Source: Blasia pusilla
Lineage: Eukaryota
Assembly (NCBI GenBank): GCA_050084515.1
Contig: CM114271.1
Coordinates: forward strand, 39,928,001-39,992,000
DNA length: 64,000 nucleotides
Direction of reading: 5' to 3'
Part shown: piece by piece, positions 14,036 through 29,800 of the stretch
Position numbering within the stretch: the stretch's first letter is position 1
Layout: each line of letters begins with the position of its first letter
Position numbers and translations under genes: made by a program
Notes under the pieces: generated by a model
The model's input: the letters and a program-made list of their open reading frames with translations, nothing else
Told to the model about the DNA's origin: nothing
Database searches by the model: none

Positions 14036-14581
14036 CAGTAATGCACAAACATGTCTAAGATCCATCTACATAGGAACCCTAACATCTCCACATATGAAGG
14101 ATTTGACAAACCCAATTATAAAGTTGAAAATGATAAACTCTGATGAAATCTGCAATCAAATGTGTTTCGTCCAACCAACCATATTCATGAATTATATACA
14201 CGTTGTTGTAATAGCAAGAGAAAATGTACACAAGGACTCCCATATCCATCAATCCTCCAATTATGTGATCTTTTATATCGACCAATCCTAACCCACTCTT
14301 CAAGAGAGAATCCGGACTCAATACATGCAAGTTGCACAATATTACAGATCCCAACACGGGTCTGATCCTAAAGGTAGATGAGCTCCAAATGAGCTTCATC
14401 CGAGGTATATCCCCACGGGCACCTCCATGGTTACATGTACACATACATCACCTCCCTCCTAGCAATCACTACTAACCTATAGTACATAGGTATTAACTCC
14501 CTAAAAATTATAGATGTGGTTGGATCATGAGACCAACTACCTACTAACCCACGACCCTATAAGTCCAAGTGGAGCCATACA

Positions 14582-15609
14582 TGTCGTGCGCCTACTCTCC
14601 TTGAACGTTAATCTTTGTTGTTGCGGAAGTGTGCGTTCAGCACGTCACGCTCTCAACGTTGATCTGCATCCAAACACCACTCTGCTTAGTCGGGTCTTGG
14701 ATCAATCAGCGGGTTAACTTTCCGAGTTCTCGTCTCGATCTCTCATCGAGCTCAACCTTCCTAGTTTCACAGTTTACAACACAAGCAAGTCTCGAAAGAC
14801 TTGGGACAGACTTTCTGGTTGGTTCATGAACCTCAAACGGCGTTTTTCGCCTGGCGATTCCAACTATCCGATGGACATCCAATGAGTTCCTAATCAAGAC
14901 TTGCACAAAGATAATCTCAGGTCAGAATCCAAGCGTGGTGTATAAAGTCCACTCCCTTGGATTAGGTTTGGGTCTCGAGTTCTAATGCCAAACTTCCGTT
15001 CCATCCTGTGCCTCTGAGACACTGTTTGGTGCTCAAAGTGGGGATTCGTGTTCCAAGACATCTTGGAGAGACTCCTTACTTACTAGTACTTCTGAGGATC
15101 TCCAAGGTTCCCTACTTTGAGGGAAAGACACCCGGGGCTCTCCAATTGGCCCTCAACCCGATTGCTCTCATAGTCATTTTTTACCAATATCTCAATTTGT
15201 ACTCATGCGTTTGCTAGGATCTTTAGTGCGTTAGAAGCGTCTCAAGATAATATTTCCAATGCGCTCTTATTTGTTCTGAACGCATATTGGAGCTAAACGT
15301 TATGGTCCAAAAAAAAGTCCAATTCCCCAAACGCTAGTCGTGTTCCAAAACTGGTTCTCACCTTTTTGGCAACCAGCCTTCCAAGACTCAACTCATCTCA
15401 AGTCTTGGCTCGCGTTAAGTTTAGGTTTCCTAATCGCGACCACTAATGCATGAAATGCATAACTTATTTCTGTGTTTCGTCTGTTGGACTTTTCCAAGAG
15501 ACCTTCCAAAAGCCTTCCCAAAGCGCGATCATGGCAGCATGAGTCCACTTGAGTTCTGATGTTCCGCTTGGCGTCTATTTGGTGTTGTTTGGTTAAGAGG
15601 ATTGCGACA
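14582..15609 (-). mobile_element. Solo LTR, inverted relative to 11245-13199
   Basis: TGTCG...CGACA termini with a perfect TSD ATACA (14577-14581 and 15610-15614). Confidence 0.9.
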
Positions 15610-16204
15610 ATACATGCCTGGGAAGGTCAACCTCTCCAAGGTTGCCACTCCTCATAAAAGGAAGGGTAACCTACACTCCTAGGTTACCTCTTAAGAACAG
15701 GTCACATATGACCTCTCAAAATAGGGAATTTGAAGTACAAGACCCGTGTAAGGCCTCGATACTATCTCACCCTATGCCTCATTTACCATGACAGTGACAA
15801 GTTGATCATTTTACACGGCTTACACTTGGTATAAAGAATGATCAGTTTGAATCATCATGAAACTACATGTTGATATGCTAGTAGATCTTACCTCTACTAA
15901 GGTGTCTCATCTTCTTGCTCGCCTTAAAGGTGCTCATGAAGATGGGACTATATCTAAATGTTTGACCTAAAATACCTAAAATTTGGGCGCCCGTTGTTGT
16001 ATAGTAAAATCAACCAGTGTGTAAACTCCTTCGTCATTAAGTGTTAGATAGAGTTTCATTAGTATTAAGTAAATTGGCTTAGAAAAAGGAGATTCTTATG
16101 TTTAAACCTCTTTATGGTGCCTCTTTTATGCGGGCCCAACTTTAGAAAAAGGAGGTAATAAATAAAAGATGACTTTATAAAAGTAAAGTAATTGCTTTAA
16201 TGAA

Positions 16205-17215
16205 AAGGAAAAGTAGTCTTGGTTGGTGGCTAGGTTAGTTGGGGTAATTTGGAAAATATCATGTGTGTAAAAGAGGATATTTTGGAAGAGATAAGAGGAA
16301 ATCTACTTGTGTCAAAATGTGATTGGCTAAGCCTTGAGAGGAAGCCATGTGGCACAAGATAAGATAAGCTCTATTTCGTACTCTTGTGGATCCCTTGTGA
16401 GTATATAAAGAGAAGGGACCTTCAAGGGTTCATCACCTTCTATTCCACATCTTGAGTCTCTCGTGTCTCTCTTGAGTGTATGGCTTTGGGATTGATTGCT
16501 CTTCCAATGAGAATGGATCACCCCTCTTGGGAGAGTAACTTGATCATGGTCTATTCTTCGAGAGGTTTCTAGAGTGTGGTGTGTGTGTGTGTGGGGGGGA
16601 TGAGAGCTTTGTCACCGTAGAGGAGTTTAGTCATACTAAAATAGCGGATGTTTTGGCTTGTTACTTTCCCAATGAGAGTGGATTACCCCTCTTGGGAGAA
16701 TAACTCCGCCAAAACCCATTCTTGAGGAGAGTAGAGAATATCTGTCAAGCATGGATAGGGGTGGAGCACGAGCTGTGCCCGACTTTCCTTTCCTCAATCC
16801 TTACCATGTCAAGGTACTCTTTGTAGACAGACACTGGTTCACTCGCTATTTAGTTTATCACTTTGGGGAGGCGTTCATGAACCAGGTCACGCAATCTCCA
16901 ACTCCGGTGATTCTTCCTATCGTCACATATGGAAGGACATGGGATTGTACTTTGTATGTCCTTATATAGCGATCCATGGATGTCAATAGGCCTGGTCAAG
17001 TAGGGTTTAACACTAGTTGTGTTATCTTCCTCGTGTACAAACGTAAAATAGTTTATAGGGATTTTATAGTTAGGAATTTCGGGGTCCGATGTTACGAAGA
17101 AGTGATCGCCTCGGCACTTCCATTTGTGATACCTGTCGTGAGAGAATGGAGAGTGTACATCATAATTTTGTATTGAAAAAGGGGAACTTATTAGAGAGTT
17201 CACCTTGCATCGACC
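16205..17215. repeat. Dispersed ~1 kb non-coding repeat, copy 1 (probably transposon-derived)
   Basis: Colinear with 33865-34862 from tagtcttggttggt to agagagttcaccttgcat. Confidence 0.85.
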
Positions 17216-20200
17216 GCATCTACCGCAGCTAGAAGGCCCGCCCTTGCTTGAAGAAAGATTCTCGACACGACACCGTTCTCTTACATCCACTTAACTCAAT
17301 GCTTTAGATCAGATAAGTCGGACTGATTTGAACCATAGTCACCTTTATTTTCTCCAACTAATAGTCAAGCTAATGTCATAATTTTGTCTTCTTATTTCAT
17401 TCCACTTATGAAATGCGTCCTTACGCTTTATAGTCCAACTTTTGTTGTCACATCTCATAAGTATGATGTACTTATGTAGAGCTAATAGTGCATGTAACTT
17501 CATAGTCATGTCTTTTAGTGTTTATATGGGGCTATCATTTTGCATATCATCAATGAAGTGCACATTTTTACTGTCTCGGCTTATGATTTATTATTCATAT
17601 TTATATCCACATGTGTGTCTTTTCAATTTTTGAACACGTTGGTTGCTTGGTAAAGTCTAGTGTGCATAAGATATTCCTATTGCTATATTCCATGGTTAGG
17701 AAGAAACAAAAGCGTGTTTCACACTTGACTAGTTGTGATTATCCGACATCCATGAAGCAATTTGGGGCACGATACAACACATTACATGCCGTACTGACAT
17801 ATATTGGCAAGGATGAATAGAGTCACATCACCACAATTGCAAAACTTCGAGAACATATTGGTTCTATTTCAGTTGGGCTTTTCAACTTACGCTAGTACAT
17901 TGTTGATGACAACTGTGAAGACACAACTATTGCCGATGAAGTTTCCCACTTGCAATTAATTATTCATGTTTGCAAGTTGACTTAACTTGTCTCTTTCAAT
18001 TCCCAATGACCTCTCTGAGCTTGCATGCGCGTTGTAGAATGCATCCTTTTTTTTCATTACTTATAAAGAGAGTATATATGAATATGTCTTTGGTTAGTAC
18101 AGTTTTGAGGCCGTGGTTTTTAAGGATGTTTGAGTTCAACATAGAATAGACCTGCTACTTTTTTATGAACCCGCACTTTTCTCAACTGAATATTGTATCT
18201 CGACAGCTCTAGTATGCATGCGTATATCGCGTTAACTAATTTTCAGTAACACACACAACATTTTGTGGCTATTCTACGTAAACTCACTTCCCACTACGAT
18301 GTGTTTTTTGTTTCAATCCCATCTAATATATGTTCCTGGAGTCACAACAAGAGCATAATGAATGGAGTGTATTAACTTAAGCAAAAATCTTATGTGTGTA
18401 CCATTCAGATCTTTCACACAATCTCAACCATTGTACGTTTATTATTCTATTTCTCCATCCTGAATGTTTTAACTACAATGTTGTTCATCAATAGGAAGTA
18501 TAAATCACTTCATTTGAGGAAACTATGGACATCAACGCCAATAAATTGTTCATCGTTTACCCTCTGCAATAGCAAGTTACATCAAATGTACCCTAGACAA
18601 CAACTATAGCGAGTCACAACATAGCCACTCACACTGCAACCTGCATTATACCATTTGTGTACTACACATTACTTATTGAAGTAACATTGTTTTTCAATGA
18701 AACCATTATACATGGGTATTGAGTAATTTCATTACATACTTCCGTGAAGCATTAGATTACTTACTTTAGGTTAACAATAAATAACTACCATACCTATTTT
18801 TGTTTCAGAAATGAAATGCCCATTTTTAGATATTTTTTAGAAACCAAAATTGATAGACCATGTTCCAATACAATTGGAACCTTTTGAGTTTTGAATTATT
18901 GTTCCAACTAATATTTTGAGTATGCTGCCCCACGATGTCTAGTGAAGTAATAACATTCAACCAAAATAAGATTCATGGAAATAGGATTTATATAGGGATA
19001 TTTCGATTCATAGCGGTTGATATCGAAATATGGGGAGGATGTCAAAACACATGTCACCCCGATGGCGACACGTGTTTTGACATCCTATGGGGATAACCCA
19101 GGTAACACAAAAATTAACACAGGAATTAAATCCAAACTAACACGCTAGATCTCTTTTTCAAGGGTACATGGCCAATATGCTAGTCATGTAATAAGATAAC
19201 CCGAATTTAATCATATAATCAATAAATTCAAAATTCCACATCCATGGGCACCCTAAACGGGCTCCCAGGTAGTGGATTAGGGTAGAGCGGGTAGCTTGAA
19301 GCTAGGCCGAGTAAATGTAGCCTGGGGCGCTCCAAGCCAAGGCTCGGGTAGTGACTTCATACATTCCCGGACTTTGCGGCAGTAAGCGATTCCAGTCCAA
19401 GAATTTTCGAATTCCAGTCTCAAGTTTCAAGATTTCGGAATGAGAAGGCCGATTTAGCATCTTGGAATTCTAAAAACCGTTTCAAAAGTCTAAAATTTGT
19501 CAGACGCCCTTGCAGAGATTGGAGAGTCCAAGCTGCTGCTTTGCTTCCTGATCAGCTTTGGTTGCCACAAAAGCATCCGATCCTTCGAGTGCGGCAGCAA
19601 AAACGACGCCCTGGATTCGATCGATGTCGCATCACAAGCATTAACTCTTAGTTCCTGATTCCATGAGGATGAAAGTTGCCACATCGGGATCCGACGACTT
19701 CTCTCTAGCGCGGCGCGCAGGCATTCCGCCAAGAGTGTGCGAGTTTTTCTTGCCCAGCGACGGAAATCGACTACAAATCCGGAAACGAAAACGAACATGC
19801 GAATCCGTAACCTAGTGTCACGTCGAAAGAAACGCGGGCTCAACAGGACGCTTATCTTCCAGAGGCGAAACGACGTTATAGACCGAAAGAACGCACTCTG
19901 ATCTACCATCGACTTTCGTGACTGGCTTAGAACCTACAGAAGAAACTCTACTCCGATGTGTGAGAGCTGTTGCACATGGGATCTTTCCCAAATCGAGATC
20001 TGAGACCTCTCGCTGTCCATGGAGACGATCGTAACAATGCGGCAACTCCGCTATTGCAAGTACAAAGTTCCGAACTCTCAAAATCGGCACATGGCTGACG
20101 TCTGGAGGCGACGAGCCTGCAACAGTCCCCTCCTACGTATCGCGCGTCTGTCGAGAGCGGAACGTGTGGACAGAGAACCCTAATCTCCTACGAAGCTCCG

Positions 20201-20329
20201 ATAAGATAGTTGGTTGGTTGGAGTCAGGACGCAGAAGATGGAGGACCGCCTGTGGATCGCGGAGCAACGAAGTCCGGGCCACGGGCGTTTCTCCAGTCGT
20301 GTGGCTCCGGGCCTGACACGCAGGCGAGT

Positions 20330-20455
20330 GCTATCCACGCCTATCCAGTTATAATTCCTCCCACCAATCAGCAGGTTTCTGACGAGTGAACCCCTGCGCC
20401 ACTCGGATCGCACTTGGGGCTCCATCCACAATCTTTACCTCTGGACTATATACGA
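20330..20455 (+). promoter_or_regulatory. Putative plastocyanin core promoter
   Basis: TATA-like ctatatac at ~20445, about 100 bp before the ATG; CCAAT at ~20364; two ctatcc (GATA/I-box-like) motifs at 20331-20346. Motif match only. Confidence 0.4.
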
Positions 20456-20545
20456 TCTCACTACGCAACGTTTACTTGCACAGCACCTTCAACGTTTGTT
20501 TCCTTTGCACTCTACCAGAGCCCGACAGATAGCAAACAGGTCGCG

Positions 20546-21043
20546 ATGGCTTCCCTCGCAGCAGTGTCCGTGTCCGTGCCTTCATACGCCGCATTGAAGG
20601 CGGCCGGGAGCAAGAAGGTGACCGTCTCCCGATCTGCCGCTGTTGTGTGCAGCGCAGCACCCGTGGAGAGCAACTGGTCGAAGGCGGCCAAGGTTCTCGT
20701 CGCCACCGGCGCTGGAGTTTTGTTGGCTGCCTCGTCGGCCAGCGCAGCCGTCACCGTGAAATTGGGCGCTGATTCAGGTGCCCTCGTATTCGAGCCCCAA
20801 GAACTCACCATCCCCGCAGGGGAAACCATTAAGTTCGTAAACAACGCAGGTTTCCCTCACAATATCGTGTTCGACGAGGAAGACATTCCCGCTGGAGTGA
20901 ACGCTGACGCCATCAGCCAAAGTGAGTACTTGAATGGACCGGGAGAAACTTACTCACTCACCCTGAACGAGAAGGGTGTCTACAACGGCTACTGCGAGCC
21001 CCACCAGGGAGGTGGCATGAAGGTGAAGATCACCGTGGAGTAG
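20546..21043 (+). CDS. petE: Plastocyanin precursor (165 aa, intronless)
   Basis: MASLAAV transit peptide, hydrophobic thylakoid signal ending ASA, mature [13 protein letters not shown], and copper ligands in PHNIVF and [10 protein letters not shown]. Confidence 0.97.
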   Translation: MASLAAVSVSVPSYAALKAAGSKKVTVSRSAAVVCSAAPVESNWSKAAKVLVATGAGVLLAASSASAAVTVKLGADSGALVFEPQELTIPAGETIKFVNNAGFPHNIVFDEEDIPAGVNADAISQSEYLNGPGETYSLTLNEKGVYNGYCEPHQGGGMKVKITVE

Positions 21044-24000
21044 ATGCCACTGCAGAGCCCAGCGACCAGGAGAGAGGCAGAGCATACCTTTAAAGGTGAT
21101 TGTAAATTGTTACATGACACTAGCAAGCCGAGAAGCTGTGAGTAGAGAGATCGATTGGGGCTGAGTGTTTGAGTTCTATTTGTTAATACACTTGTACTTC
21201 ATTGTGCAATAAAACGTCGGAATTCGCGGATTTTATTCATGAAACGTCTCGTTTGTGACAGTCGAGATGACAGTTTCTTCACTATTCACGTCTCTCTTTC
21301 TCATGGATTTCCTGTTATCTAATGTCGGTAGCATCTGCAGTCGGCGGAAGGGTTTCTGTAGTCCAAGGAAATCTGTAATCGAGATAGGTGAGAAGTCTCT
21401 GAACCACATCGGACGACGGATAGAGGTTGTCATATGACTGACGAAGCTATCGTTTACCGAAGTGAGCAGCTGTTGACGCGATTTTTAAGCACATCGGTTG
21501 TGACTCAAGAGTGGTGGTGCACTGGCGAGCTTGATCGGCTTCTGTCCAGCGCGTCTGATGCGAGGACGTTGGACGATACATAAGGGTTCCGAAAAGAAGC
21601 TGATAAACCTTACCAGGATAGTTCTCTGCCACGCAATGACATACGATTTCCGGCCAAAAGGAAGCTGATGTATCTGGCATCTTCGAGAAAATAACCGAGT
21701 AGCCCTTCCCCTCTCCTCCTATCTCGCCCGAAATGTTGTCGGGTTCGCATGCGGCAGACCGTAACTGGAACAAGGATGGTGAAGGTAAAAGGGATTACCA
21801 TGGAGTGCACCCTAGGTGCGCATTCCGGTGCGTCGGGATTTTAGCGGGAAGATCGGTTATCGTAGGTAATATATGAACTTGTTCTGCAAATTGGCGAGGA
21901 GCTGAGAAGATAAGTGAACTAATTACGTCTTTCTTAGAGTTCGAAATCCACATCCCACACGCTTTTGAACAGTGTATGCACCGATGGGTGGAGCGTGAAG
22001 TTAAACCTGTCTAGAAGTGAAAAGAAAAGTGTTCAGAGCCGCCCACGAGAGTCGAACAGGCGGGCATGTACAGCGTTTGCAATGTCCAGTGTATATCTAC
22101 GCGTTTCCGCTACACCGCCGAGTGTTGCTCACTGAATTCCATTTCTTCGTGTCCCCAGCTGAGGTAGAGTAGCGTGAGCGAGTAGTTGTTGTCCGAGAAA
22201 TGGACTCTTCTTCCGCATCATCAGATAGAATTTTGGATAGGAAAACAATGAGGCTGTGATTCACATTTCCGATTTGTTTCGGAAAACAATTTGGGCAAAC
22301 CGATTCTCACGAGTCAACAGCTCGCCAGTAGCGAGAACTATTGGTTTTTTTTCCAGAAACTGGCCACAAACCGCTGAGAAACAATTCTCTAGTGGTGTTT
22401 ACTTCTTTTGGGATATTCTCCACAGTGGGGAGAATATCCCAAAAGCGATAGGTAATTGCCTACGAAATGGTCACAATTGGCCAAGACAAAATTCCCTAGT
22501 GTGGCATATTTCTCTGAAACCTTGGCAGAATCCAAATGACCTTAATTATTTCTCGAGATGACTATTCTCTAGGGGAGTTTGTCCGAGTAGGAAGTACGTA
22601 AAGGATGCATGCACTGGTGAAGAGAGATTTGTTCATTACCCATTAGTACTTTCCTGCTGTTCTTAATATTTTTATATTACTCCATAATTTCTCGATCGTC
22701 ACATGTAAGGAAAAAGGTGTTTGCAAATAAGTAGGCACTTTTCCATAATAATCTAGATAATGAACGTGATAAGTAATTTCCTTTTTCCTCCCAGACTTCT
22801 AGCCCTTTCTCTTCTTCCCAGACTTCTAGCCCGCCCAATTGTCTAAATCAATACCGACAAGACTCGTAACCCACATTGTATAATGTACCGCTCTCAAAAG
22901 AGTATTGCTTTCAGAAGAAAATTTCACATAAGCCTCTTTGGAGTTTAACTACTGTGTAAGCTTTACTATCTATGTGAAGGGGGTGCAAACGGTCGAAATG
23001 TGGTAATCTTTAACGTAGTCTAATTAATGCATCGCACGAAACCCACTGGTGAGCAGAGCCTTTCACGATTGGCCCGATACTTCTCTGTGGAGGTGTCAGG
23101 TATTGGGTCCGAAAGTTGAAGACTTGAAGATCGATGATTGTGACTAGGAAATTCATGAACTTTTCGATTGACTGCACTAGTAGAGACTGTAGGGATGGAA
23201 GGATCAACTACTCTCCATGAAGATGAAAACAACTCCACTAGTTTGTGCAAGTACCAGAATGGTGCAGAAGTAGTGTCGTGAACACCAATCGGAAGATGTT
23301 TCAATGTACGTTATGGCGATTGCTTACAATATGAAATTTCTTCCCAACAATGTTTTTGGCAACAAGTTGACTCTTAGGTTGCCATGAAGTTCTTTCCCTA
23401 CACTGCTACATCAGGAAAATGGAGTTCCTCGCTTGATCTGATTGTCCAACGACGAGTTTCGAATTCACTTACACACTGTATGAGCGAGCAAGATTCAATT
23501 GGGCATGCATTCCGTCAGATTGAATGCATTCAACTCGGGCATCATAAGAGCGTAACAATTTTGTGAGAGTTTGATGTGGCCACACCAAACTCGGGGTTAT
23601 ATCCCGCCGGTGGCCGGATATAACCCCGATAGTGTTACAGTGTTCTGATAACGTTCAAAGCTTATTCGGGTCCTCTTACTCGTTATTGAGATTCATTTGT
23701 CTAGTGAGACATAGTTCAGGAACGATTTTCACTCTGTAGGAATGATTTTCCGGCGGTGCCTTCGTCACGCCTCTTAGCCAAGCCACACAGTTTTTCAATC
23801 GTAACCAGAAGCTTTGATCAGCCACCTTTCTTCGGTGCCGACTAAGAAGGCCTGAGTCAACTTAGCCAATTCGACGTCAAGATCCACCCGAAGGGCTTTC
23901 GAGTCCGCCTCGCTTTTAATTCATGCTTATTTATCCATTAAATACTCTGATTGCGGCAGCTCTTACGGACTTTAACGCCGAGAACCGTCAGTAACGAAGT

Positions 24001-24672
24001 TGAGTAGAAGAGATACGCTCTTGGACACACGGCATGGGAGATAGAGAATGGTGCTCTCCGTGCGCAAGGCACTCTGGTTACAGTTGTACCACTGAGTCGG
24101 TTTCGCATTCTGCGTTTAATTGCAAACGCGCACTCAATGGTCCACGTCAAAGTTAAGACGGGTTGTACTTTCTTGGGTTGACCTAGTGGAATTTCTAACA
24201 AAAAAATTGAATTGAGTTCGAGGGTAGATGATTATGGATTTCGGACTTTTGGGTTCTGACGGGCCATGGTACAGAGACTCACTCTATTAACAGATTACGA
24301 AAGTTCATATATCCTCATCGAACCTCCACAAACTCTCAAGAACCGTGTCGAGACTTTTGTAGTGCGGAAGCCATCACTTCAGTTAAGACTTTACTCCAAA
24401 ATGGAAAAGTACACATACACTTTCCTCGCCTACTCCTGGGAGCAAGTTTGTGAAGCTTTGTTACCACCATCCTGAAGATAGCCTTAACACGTTCTGCACT
24501 AAAGTTTTTAATATAGTATTTACAAGAGAGATACTGCACAAAGTAACGAACAGACGACCATCTACGCTGTTTACAAGAATGAAAAAATTTCCGACGTCAC
24601 TTCCCGGTCAATCGACGGTTCAATTCAGAAATTTACACGGTTGAGTTCTCTGAAGTGGAGCAGTCCAGCGAT

Positions 24673-26061
<1,389 letters not shown>

Positions 26062-26849
26062 TCAACAACAGCGAGAGCACGAACGAACGAGCGAGCGGTG
26101 GAAGCAATACACAATTTCCCTACAACGGATTAGCAGTCTATAGAAACACACACAAGAATGAGAGATGTGGAACTGAAGTGATTGAGTAAACTAGTGGAAG
26201 CGCGGCGCTTTATGCTGCGGACACAATCGTCTTGGCCGGCAGTGGAAGGAAGGAAGGGTCACGATAGGTCTAACTTATCGCCTTTCTTCCAGCGAATTCT
26301 AAGATACTGAAGGTACGCGTATGATCATGCGCATTCACTGTCATGATCGTAGAGTATTAAAAACTATTTTTAAAATATTTAATATGGAGGATATTTTCTT
26401 TCTTCCGAAGCCCCTTATGGCTCTTCCTACTTCCTCTTTGGATCGACCGTGCCTTCCGTGGGTACTGAGCCTAATATTAACCCTAATAATTAATCTGCGA
26501 GCACAACATTGGAATGTGGATCATCCAACTCACACGACTATTTCTACCACTCCAAAGTCGTTGGCAAACTATTCAGAGAGCAAGAAATGAAAGTGGAGGA
26601 CAATCCATTGGGGACAGCAACGAACGGAAGAACTATACAACTTACTGGTACTACTAATAAGAATGCTCACGGGCATCAAAATTTAGGGTATACACAATTA
26701 ATCATATCATCCAGACCAATAAGAAAATGCCAATAAATGAATATTACGAAATTTAGAAAATATGTATCAATATAAAACTTCACGCATATAATGTTATTTT
26801 AATTTAATTTATCATTTCATTATATATAACATTTTTAGTGTAAATATTT

Positions 26850-29800
26850 ATTTATTTAGTAGTATTTTTATTATCTGTCATAATATAAATATAATTCCTC
26901 GAGCTTACTTTTGACAAGGTAATATATAATTGCCCATGAGAAAATACTGGATTGGAAAAGTAAATACCAATTCTATCTAATGTTTGACCTTGAGACTTAT
27001 CAATAATCATTGCAAAAGTAGGACGGATAGGAAATTGAAATCGTCGTAAATCAAAAGGTAGGCCGGAATCAGAAGCAATCAATGGAATGCGTGGAATGAA
27101 AACTCGAGCTCCAATATTTTTTCCCGTGATAATTTTTGCATCTATAAGATGTCGACTAAAGCCAACTATCATCAGCTGAGTCCCGTTTGCTTGTCCCTTT
27201 GCTCCATTCATATTCCGTAATAGCATTATCAGAGCTCCAATCTTCAAAGTCAAACAATGAGGTGGCAATCCCGATGGTAAATATGTATTCAAAAATTATG
27301 TTGGATAAACAAGTCTCATCTCATCATCGGAAACAAAATCAGCACTCAAGAAAGTATGCTCTTGCAAAAACAAAATAAATCATTAATAATAAGAGAGATG
27401 ATAGAAAAATGTAGCAATACAACAATCAAAATATAATAATGATATTCAAGAATATAAATATTACCTCTCTTGGAAATCGAGACATGATTTCAGTGTTTAT
27501 AATATCCATAGTAGTATTCTTGGTTGACAAAATGGATGTACCCCTCAATAAATCAATGTCACTCCACTTATGAACATCGTGTCCATAAACAATGACAATG
27601 AGATCATTGATCCTTGTGGTTCTAACAATTATCGCATCCGGAACTTGTATAAAATCCTCTCCAAGGTCCAAATGTAACCGTACACGACCCTCTCCTACCT
27701 CTAATAACCACCTTGCAAATGCTTCTTGCTCTTCTCGTGCATATCCTGCAAATAAATATAAGATGAAGGAAGAAGTAAATATTAAAAATAAACAAAAACC
27801 AGATGAACTGAAAAAGGTGAAATATTAGGTTTATTCTTTAATACCTTGTACAGTATTAACTCTCATGTTGGTAGTGAGTTTCAATAATCTCACGTTAGAC
27901 CAAATAAGAGATCTCCTAAGTGTTGCATGCATAACTGTGGCACGATCTCCACGACGAACAACTGGAAGAAGTTGTCGAAAGTCACCACAAAAAAAAAACG
28001 ATCTTCCCTCCATCGAGGATCCATCAAACCCATGATATCTTGGAAAGTACAATTAACGTCCTCAAATGCGTGACGATGGATCATAGGAGCTTCATCCCAC
28101 ACGATCAACTTTGCCTTTTGTATAAGGCGGGCCATATGACTATTGACCGATAGGCTGGAAAATCGATAATAAAACAATATGTGAGGAACATTTATGAAGG
28201 ATAAATCAAAGAATAAAACAATAATATGCATGCCATAAAAGGAAAAGAAATCTTAAATCTAGACTTACTTGCAAGTGGAACTTTCATGTAATTGGATAGG
28301 AATCTTGAATCAAGAATGAGAAGTACGACCTCCATCCAATAATAAAGCGGCAATCCCCGAAGATGCAACTGCAAAAGCTATATGACCCTCGCTCCGTACC
28401 ATTGCAAGAAGAAGGTTGTACAAAAATGTTTTTCCTGTTCTGCCATGACCATCAATAAAGAAAAGTTTTGCCTGAAAATCCATATTTTTCGTTATAGAAA
28501 AGCACTTTAAAAGAATAAAACTTAAAAAATTAAAAGAGTAACAAAATAATAATAAAATATACTATACATAATATCCATTTCCAGAAGGTGGTGCATCCTG
28601 TAAGATATCGCGAAAAGCATTATAAATAACTTCCCAAATAGCTCGTTGTCCATCATTTAAAGATATCTCTCCTGCTCTCATACGTTCGCAAAGCATATCA
28701 TGATCGTAGGAGAGCTCTTCCTCTTCTAGACGCGAAATAGATAAATCACGAGCTTGGAAATCAGGTTGCGGCATGTCAGGGAAGTCCGCCATACTCTTAC
28801 CATGATCTTGAAGATGGTAATGGACCTCCAATAACGCAAGATTAATAATATGAACATCCAATGGAAGGGTTGGAATACCAACTCTCTATTATAAGGAAAA
28901 AATATAGAAGTTAAAACGTAAATAAAGTACCTAAAATATTCATAAGAGAAATAAGACAAAAATTGACTTAACAAAAGGCATGCATATTACCTCACGCCTT
29001 TGATGTAGAAGATCTTCTGTCAATGGAACCAAAAACTGTTCCCACACCATAGCCGGAAGGGAAGGTGTATTATATAGAAGATTGATGGCAAAGAGTAGAC
29101 GTAATGAATAGCCAGTACGAATGACAACCGCCTCTTCAAAGCAAGAAAAGATCTCTCTATCGTCCTCCAAAAGTCCCATCTGAATAGCGGTCTCTTTGAA
29201 GGTAGGATAAACTACACCATCGATGGTTCTCAAATCTTGATATGATTGAGCTCCTCTCACATGATGGAGAAGTAATCGTAACCAATGACGCTCCCCTTCA
29301 GCTAGGATTAGCCAAAAAAAAAGTATTAGGAAGGAAGCATGAATGTGATTTTAACATTAACTCAAATTTTTCCTTAATAATTGTATCTTAACAAAGAATA
29401 GAAAGTTTACATGGATTTGTCATATACAGACGTCCAATAGGATGTCCACATCCTTTTCGTGCACGTTTACGCGGATGCCATTGCTTCTTATTCCAAGAGT
29501 AATGAGAAGGGAACTCCAAATAAAGATATTGTCGCCCAGTCAAATCAGAAACATTTGTTGCAAACCATTGAGTGAGAGTGATTTCCTTACTTCGTTCCAG
29601 AATATTACCCAATGAATCTTGCCCATGAAAATATACCATTTGACTGTTTGGAAGAGGAACAATCAATCTCACAATATTTGGTTGCTCTGCATGTAGACTA
29701 AACTTGAAGATTCGCCAACATGCTTCTGAAGAAGAAATATACCTTCATACCATACAATATAAATATTGTTAGAGTCCCACATAATATCATAGGAAAAATT

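Noticed and set aside
20414-20545. N-terminal extension of the plastocyanin ORF in the ORF track
   Set aside because: It starts at TTG and spans the TATA-like box; the ATG at 20546 gives a normal transit peptide.
23010-23566. Leucine-rich-repeat-like snippets on the minus strand (LPSLQSLLV, LKHLPIG)
   Set aside because: Too short and interrupted to support a pseudogene call.
26640-26680. Candidate 3' terminus of the large Helitron
   Set aside because: The hairpin and CTRR are too degraded to call.
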